From IMG/VR virus record IMGVR_UViG_3300042514_001858, positions 90,168 to 154,167 of that record: a stretch of DNA of 64,000 nucleotides. The stretch is one strand, 5' to 3'. The notes beneath the pieces are model-generated. The model did not search any database and was not told where the DNA came from. It saw nothing but the letters and a program-made list of their open reading frames with translations. Position 1 is the stretch's first letter. Each line of letters begins with the position of its first letter. Made by a program: the position numbers and the translations under genes. Positions 58,763-64,000 of the stretch are shown here, one piece after another. The DNA comes from a virus.

Positions 58763-60181
58763 TTAATGATTAAATGATTCGGTGTAAGGATCTACCACAA
58801 CTTTTCTTGCGGTTATATCTACTGGTTTTCTGATCATGACATCATCAGTCATAGGTGATTTATTTGTAGATGAATGCATATTGTCTTTTATTTTATTAAT
58901 ACCTCTTCTGAGAAAAGAAAGAGTTTCTGTTCTACTTTTATCAGTCATCCCCGCCAAATATTTCAAAGTGTTGGTATCTAATTTTTCCGTGATCGCCATC
59001 ATATCAGATGGATTGATCTTTGTCAATGCTTGAATTGTATCTTTTCTGGATAATGTTTTATTTTTGATTGAATCTACAATCACTTGTCGTTGTTGTTTGG
59101 TCATCATACTTGGTATGTATCCTCCAACGCTTTCGATGATCTGCTCAACAGCTTTATCCCATTTCTGATCAAAGTCTTCTACGTATTCCTTCATTAACAT
59201 TTCATATTGTTGATCGAATGATTCTTTTTTGATGAAGGGTTCTATATCTTTAAAAATGGTGTAGTGATCTTTACTAACATTTCTTCCATCCATTTTAGAA
59301 CCTTTCAATCTCTTATTGGTATAATCTTCCAATCTATCTTTGGTTCTTTTATTTGGTGCGTATGCTGTTTGATATTTGATATTATCTCCTTTTTTAGTTG
59401 CTATTACTTTATGCTCGTCTCTCGCTTTTTCTTCTTTAGAAAACTTGCCAGCATATAAAAATTTATGCTCAACAATTTTACACCAATCGTCCCACAAAAT
59501 TTGTGACATTGGACTACTATATTCAATATATGATTCTAAATTTTTCCTACCACCTTTGGTCAATTTACCATGCTTATCTCTGGCGGGACTAGCCATATTT
59601 AATCCAGTGACATCATATGATTTGACATTAATACTATCGAAACATCCTAAATCACCACTTATCAGTTGCACTACAAAAGCAGCTTTAGCTTTTGCTAAAC
59701 CTTTTATGGTTGTAACGTAGTCGAAAAGTTCAAAAACATCGTCTATTCTTTTGACAACATTTTCATAAATGGTTTGTCTGTTATCATAAACATCATAAAA
59801 TTGTGATAATCTTTGAGTCGATAATCCAGTTTCTTTATGCTTACCAGTCATTTGATGACCCAGAAACGATGGTGGTTCCACATTTCTATTAACCACTAAT
59901 CGATTCCCCTTTCTCACAACTGCTTTCGTATAAAACCACTCAATAAATTTTGGGAAACCATGTAACACTTCTGCCCAAGGTGTTTGCATAGTATAAAATA
60001 CAAAGGCGAATACCATCGCTAAATTATCTGGATTTGATAATGCGAATGCTTTTATAAGAGGATTGTCATCTTTGAAACCACTGTCTTTGTCATCTCTCTT
60101 TATACCTAAAGGAATAGTGACTTTTGGTTGCCAAATGACACTCTCCATCAATTCCTTATACAATTTATTAAAGCTACGCAT
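58763..60181 (-). CDS. Protein with an HhH DNA-glycosylase-like domain
   Basis: IKGLAKAKAAFVVQL...LGCFDSIN; TAAGTA-N5-ATG; leader MRSFNKLYKELMES. Confidence 0.55.
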   Translation of the reverse strand: MRSFNKLYKELMESVIWQPKVTIPLGIKRDDKDSGFKDDNPLIKAFALSNPDNLAMVFAFVFYTMQTPWAEVLHGFPKFIEWFYTKAVVRKGNRLVVNRNVEPPSFLGHQMTGKHKETGLSTQRLSQFYDVYDNRQTIYENVVKRIDDVFELFDYVTTIKGLAKAKAAFVVQLISGDLGCFDSINVKSYDVTGLNMASPARDKHGKLTKGGRKNLESYIEYSSPMSQILWDDWCKIVEHKFLYAGKFSKEEKARDEHKVIATKKGDNIKYQTAYAPNKRTKDRLEDYTNKRLKGSKMDGRNVSKDHYTIFKDIEPFIKKESFDQQYEMLMKEYVEDFDQKWDKAVEQIIESVGGYIPSMMTKQQRQVIVDSIKNKTLSRKDTIQALTKINPSDMMAITEKLDTNTLKYLAGMTDKSRTETLSFLRRGINKIKDNMHSSTNKSPMTDDVMIRKPVDITARKVVVDPYTESFNH

Positions 60182-60189
60182 TATAATAC

Positions 60190-60663
60190 TTAATATAATT
60201 CGTCCTGAATAGTAGTTAAATACTCCCCATCGATCTCTTCAACCATCTTAGATTCAACCACACTGTCAGGATTGATGATGATAATGGAAAGATTCTCATT
60301 TCTGATATCACCTTCTCCTGTATTTTTGTAGAAAGCAATATCATAATCACCCAAATCTTTTACATAATCATATCCATGATCTGTTCCATCATCAGGTAGT
60401 AACTTGGGATACACTTTATCAATTCTAATAGTTAATTCATAAAGATAATACTTGTCGAATCTCCCTTCGTCATTGATCATATAATCAGCACGAATCAGAG
60501 CTTGTTGCTTAGTTCCCGCATGAGAACCTGAAGTATAGTCGTTCTTATTGGGACGAGCCGAAGAACGATACACTTTAAGATAGTGAGTATTCGAGATATC
60601 TCGTAGCTTACTATTCGGAGATAGCTCTTGGATATCATAGAAAGATTCTAGAAAAGTTCTCAT
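60190..60663 (-). CDS. ADP-ribosyltransferase-like protein
   Basis: VYRSS, HAGTKQQA, YLYELTI, YDIAFYKNTGE, SIIIINP; start moved to ATG 60663 (TAAATA-N5). Confidence 0.45.
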   Translation of the reverse strand: MRTFLESFYDIQELSPNSKLRDISNTHYLKVYRSSARPNKNDYTSGSHAGTKQQALIRADYMINDEGRFDKYYLYELTIRIDKVYPKLLPDDGTDHGYDYVKDLGDYDIAFYKNTGEGDIRNENLSIIIINPDSVVESKMVEEIDGEYLTTIQDELY

Positions 60664-60750
60664 AAAAATATTTAATCTATTGACAGGGGAAGGAAATATT
60701 TCATACCATGGTGGAACATATGGAGAAATATCCATAATGTGATTAATATT

Positions 60751-61395
60751 TTAAGCTCTTAGCTTGTGACCAATGAAATCGAACACTTCCATTTTATCAT
60801 CGTCTATTTCAGTATTAATCATTTCCTGTTTATTAACTCTTAAACCAACCATCTTATCAAATCCATAAGTTCTCCATTTCACATCAGTTTCAAATTTACC
60901 ACCTGAAGATGGATACATATATTGTTTGGCTTCTTCCTTATCAATTTCTTTTAAGTTTCCCTGATTATCTCGAATGACATAAAACGTTACGTTATTCTTA
61001 ATTAGATTAGAATTAAACATGATTAAAGATAATCCTCTCTTAGAAATCCCCACACTACGGGAGAGTCTTTCTCCTACAGTATTACTTGACTGTGCTTCAA
61101 AATCCCCTTCATCACCCCTTTTAGTTAATTGTCTATTAACTTCTTTTTGGTATTCCCCCAATTCTCCAATCGTTTGAGTGATTTTATATAATTGTTGGTG
61201 AGGGAATTGTTTTTCATATTTTCTTGGTGTGGTAACTGCGGTAAAGCTAAAAGGGATTGTGGTGTTTGGTTTCTCTTTATCTGCCTTAATTACAAAGTCC
61301 ATCATACCTTTAATATCCATAGGTATTGATCCTTCTGCAAAACCATATGCCATTTCCATGTAAATATTCTCCAATATGATACGATCTTTGTTCAT
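60751..61395 (-). CDS. Late hypothetical protein
   Basis: Start moved to ATG 61395 (TAAATA-N5); leader KDRIILENIYMEMA. Confidence 0.75.
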   Translation of the reverse strand: MNKDRIILENIYMEMAYGFAEGSIPMDIKGMMDFVIKADKEKPNTTIPFSFTAVTTPRKYEKQFPHQQLYKITQTIGELGEYQKEVNRQLTKRGDEGDFEAQSSNTVGERLSRSVGISKRGLSLIMFNSNLIKNNVTFYVIRDNQGNLKEIDKEEAKQYMYPSSGGKFETDVKWRTYGFDKMVGLRVNKQEMINTEIDDDKMEVFDFIGHKLRA

Positions 61396-61494
61396 GATAA
61401 TATTTAATATAATAAAGTTAAATATTTCTTTTGAAAAAAATTTTTGAGGGGCAACCACCGAAACGATATATTCCAATTATGATTAAATAATAGA

Positions 61495-62349
61495 ATGAAC
61501 CAAGACGAACTTTCCCTACAACAAATCTACCAAGAAATGGCTTTGACCAATCTACAAAAGATTGGAAAGTGGGAAGACAAAAAGAATCGTCATGGTTATG
61601 ATAAAGCATCAATTGGTATCCTATCTTCTCCCGCAGGACTGAAGAAATTGGAAAATACTTTCAATCGCATTGGTAATTGGGATTTTAATTTATATTTCGT
61701 AAAAAAAGCGGGAGCATGGAAAGAAGCAGAAAAAGGTCTAGTGACTCCCGAATTTGTAAAAGAACATCTGGGTCTGGAAGTAGGTAAAGATTTCCCCCAA
61801 CCAGAGAACGACCAAATCACAGTATTCTTCACCAATAATGCAGCAGCAGAAAAAGTCCCTCTGACTCCATGGACAATTGCCCATAGAATTGGACATAGCT
61901 TCGCAGCAACATTTAGGAGAAATAATGATTTAAATTATATTAATAGAAACATATCAAACATCCTAAAAAATCTTTTTGAACAAGCTTACAATATAAACAC
62001 AAGTAATTCCAGAGACTTACGCTATTCATCTGATTATTATGTAAGAGACTTCTTCCAAAAGATCGGTAAGTTCCGTAGCGCAAGAATGGGTAAGCTCGTA
62101 AGACCCGCAGAATTCTATCACGAAGCATTTGCCTATTGGTTACTACATGATGGAGAATTGACTTTCAATGACCCGCCAAAAATTCTACAAGACAGTAACA
62201 AACAAGCATGGGGTAAATCAACAGCACGTAATTACAGATTACAAGATGAAGATGAAGCTTGGGAATATATTAATCAATTCAAATGGGCTTTAGATGAAAT
62301 GTTCAATGTCATGATCGGTAAGCACATGGGAACAATGTCCATTATGTGA
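61495..62349 (+). CDS. Late protein with a variant zincin-like motif
   Basis: TPWTIAHRIGH...EFYHEAFA; leader DELSLQQIYQEMA. Confidence 0.55.
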   Translation: MNQDELSLQQIYQEMALTNLQKIGKWEDKKNRHGYDKASIGILSSPAGLKKLENTFNRIGNWDFNLYFVKKAGAWKEAEKGLVTPEFVKEHLGLEVGKDFPQPENDQITVFFTNNAAAEKVPLTPWTIAHRIGHSFAATFRRNNDLNYINRNISNILKNLFEQAYNINTSNSRDLRYSSDYYVRDFFQKIGKFRSARMGKLVRPAEFYHEAFAYWLLHDGELTFNDPPKILQDSNKQAWGKSTARNYRLQDEDEAWEYINQFKWALDEMFNVMIGKHMGTMSIM

Positions 62350-62361
62350 TTAAATAATAGG

Positions 62362-63756
62362 ATGATATCTTTCCACGAATACTTTTTAATAAGAGAAGCA
62401 AAATTCTCCCAATCAAAAAAGGTAATCCCCATAACAAAATTACCTATGTTCTCTGTTTATCTTTTCAAAGATGATGTAGATAAAGTAGAGAGCATAAATG
62501 AATTGAAAGAAAAAATAACGAACGCTTGCACGGAAGCAAGAAAGATAATCACCAAGATGGGTTTCCCTTCCATGCATTCCAACATATTGATCAAGGATTT
62601 GTCAGAGGAAGTGAATTGGGTATCGGGGGGAGGAGTTGGGGGTTATGCTCATCGCAAAGGAAAATACATGACAGTATCCTTAAATCAAATCAATGATCCA
62701 AATTATCTAATCAAAGTGATAGTCCATGAATGGGCGCACCTATGGATGTTCAACAATTCCGAAGGATTTAAAAGAGCTGTCAGCGAATACTACAATACTC
62801 TATTAAACCAATACAAAACAAATTTCTCCACCGCTCAAAAACAGAAGGAAAAGGAACCATTCAAAAATATTTATAAGTATACTAATTTTGAAAAAACAGA
62901 AGAATTATTGGGCAGTGGTTATAACAGTTTAATTTGGAACGAAGTTGTTAAAGATATGATGTATACAGTCAGAAATATCTATCAAAGTTATGTTTCCAAC
63001 AAGTATGATGAAGACGGTTCCCCATGGAAAATAAATGACCAAGAATTTTTTAAAGTCTGGAGAGACAACTTCAAAAGTAAAACCAGAAAATTAATATTAA
63101 AAATAATTAATGACATGCAAAACAAATCACAATTTTGGCATGTTGATATGGGAATTTATAATAAACAACTTAATTATCTAAGCAATGCCCTGACAAAGTT
63201 ATTTTATGACAATCTAATAAAGAATATAAAACGTTCAGTGGAAGCGGATGAGAGTGATTGGAATTGGGCGAAGGAAGATGGAGAAGATTGGGTATCAGAA
63301 TTTGAATCCATTTCTGATTATCTATTAAGTGAAACAAAACATAACGAGAATTTTATATTCGCTAATGATGATTCTTATACGGAAGTTAGTAATAAATTTG
63401 ATGAATTAGATACTCATAGATTGGGTATTGTTGTCCTTATAATCAATTTCGTATTCAATATCTTTGAAATTACTATAAATCAAAAAAACTTCCCCCAATC
63501 AGGAGATAACCTTGCAGGAAAGGAACAATCTCCATTTAGGGAACAGATGAAAGATCTGGTAAAGTGGGTAGATTCTTATGGAATGTCAAATAATGATGAG
63601 TTATGGGCAACGGGAGTGGAGGAATTTCTCAAGCTCCCTTCAAACCATAAAAAAGCTATATTAAAATTAATGGGAACCCAAGGAGAACGACCTCTACCCA
63701 ATCGGAGATATAAAAAATATATCAAAACGATTGATACCGATGGTCTTACACTTTAA
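62362..63756 (+). CDS. Zincin metallopeptidase-domain protein
   Basis: VGGYA, IVHEWAH, YGMSNNDELWA; leader MISFHEYFLIREA. Confidence 0.7.
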   Translation: MISFHEYFLIREAKFSQSKKVIPITKLPMFSVYLFKDDVDKVESINELKEKITNACTEARKIITKMGFPSMHSNILIKDLSEEVNWVSGGGVGGYAHRKGKYMTVSLNQINDPNYLIKVIVHEWAHLWMFNNSEGFKRAVSEYYNTLLNQYKTNFSTAQKQKEKEPFKNIYKYTNFEKTEELLGSGYNSLIWNEVVKDMMYTVRNIYQSYVSNKYDEDGSPWKINDQEFFKVWRDNFKSKTRKLILKIINDMQNKSQFWHVDMGIYNKQLNYLSNALTKLFYDNLIKNIKRSVEADESDWNWAKEDGEDWVSEFESISDYLLSETKHNENFIFANDDSYTEVSNKFDELDTHRLGIVVLIINFVFNIFEITINQKNFPQSGDNLAGKEQSPFREQMKDLVKWVDSYGMSNNDELWATGVEEFLKLPSNHKKAILKLMGTQGERPLPNRRYKKYIKTIDTDGLTL

Positions 63757-63948
63757 ATCATTGTTCTCCTTACAAAAAAAATATTTTTTGAAAGAGACGC
63801 GAATATAGGAAAATTCCAATTTTTCCATAAAAAAAATTTTTTTTCAATAGGTGGATTTCCAAGAATTTTATATAAAATAATTTAGCCATGGCATCCTACC
63901 CCCCTCCCCCCCTCCACTTAAAAACTAAGCAAATCCAAACAGACCCCC

Positions 63949-63980
63949 CTAGTTTTTAAACACACCCTCTTAAAAACTAG
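63949..63980. repeat. 11-bp inverted repeat in a C-tract region
   Basis: CTAGTTTTTAA-N10-TTAAAAACTAG. Confidence 0.8.
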
Positions 63981-64000
63981 ACTACAGGTAAATAAAAAAA

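Noticed and set aside
60680-60737. TTGACA-N18-TACCAT followed by the mini-ORF MEKYP
   Set aside because: The spacing differs from the other promoters and the ORF has only 5 codons, so it is not supportable.
1-64000. Many short ORFs in the track that lie antisense to, or out of frame within, larger genes
   Set aside because: They are shadows of well-supported genes, with no recognisable motifs or promoters.
1-64000. Stop-codon reassignment
   Set aside because: Core genes are full length in the standard code, and TAA, TGA and TAG all end genes.
1-64000. tRNA or rRNA genes
   Set aside because: No cloverleaf or T-loop signature was noticed in the intergenic gaps; tRNAscan-SE would confirm.

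Overview
This 64-kb window is an AT-rich segment of a large T4-like myophage genome. It carries the recombination and late-transcription block (gp46, gp47, gp55, uvsW, uvsY) and the head and neck genes gp15, gp20, gp13, gp4, gp21, a gp67-like core, gp22 and gp23. It also has a split gp5, two fibre-like genes, nucleotide metabolism genes (nrdAB, thyX, a kinase), phoH, GroES-like and ClpP-like genes, two DNA methyltransferases and lysis genes. Three system-level patterns stand out. (1) At least 23 genes have the late-promoter box TAAATA exactly 5 nt before ATG and no Shine-Dalgarno site, which points to a largely leaderless late transcriptome. The pattern also corrects several ORF starts and reveals hidden genes. 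(2) About 17 accessory genes, mostly late, share N-terminal leaders resembling T4 capsid-targeting sequences. Their cargoes look like an HhH glycosylase, an ADP-ribosyltransferase, zincin peptidases, a GNAT and an aspartic protease, so they may be packaged and injected effectors. (3) A ~12-kb soluble glycan-assembly cluster holds 9 glycosyltransferases, a nucleotide-sugar dehydratase and reductase, 2 methyltransferases and a sulfotransferase, with no export machinery. Smaller finds include an ArfA-like motif fused to the gp67-like protein, a repeat-flanked in-frame tail-fibre module, a structured 63-nt insert in nrdA and an RHH plus homing-endonuclease cassette. All product calls come from recognising motifs by eye; no searches were run.
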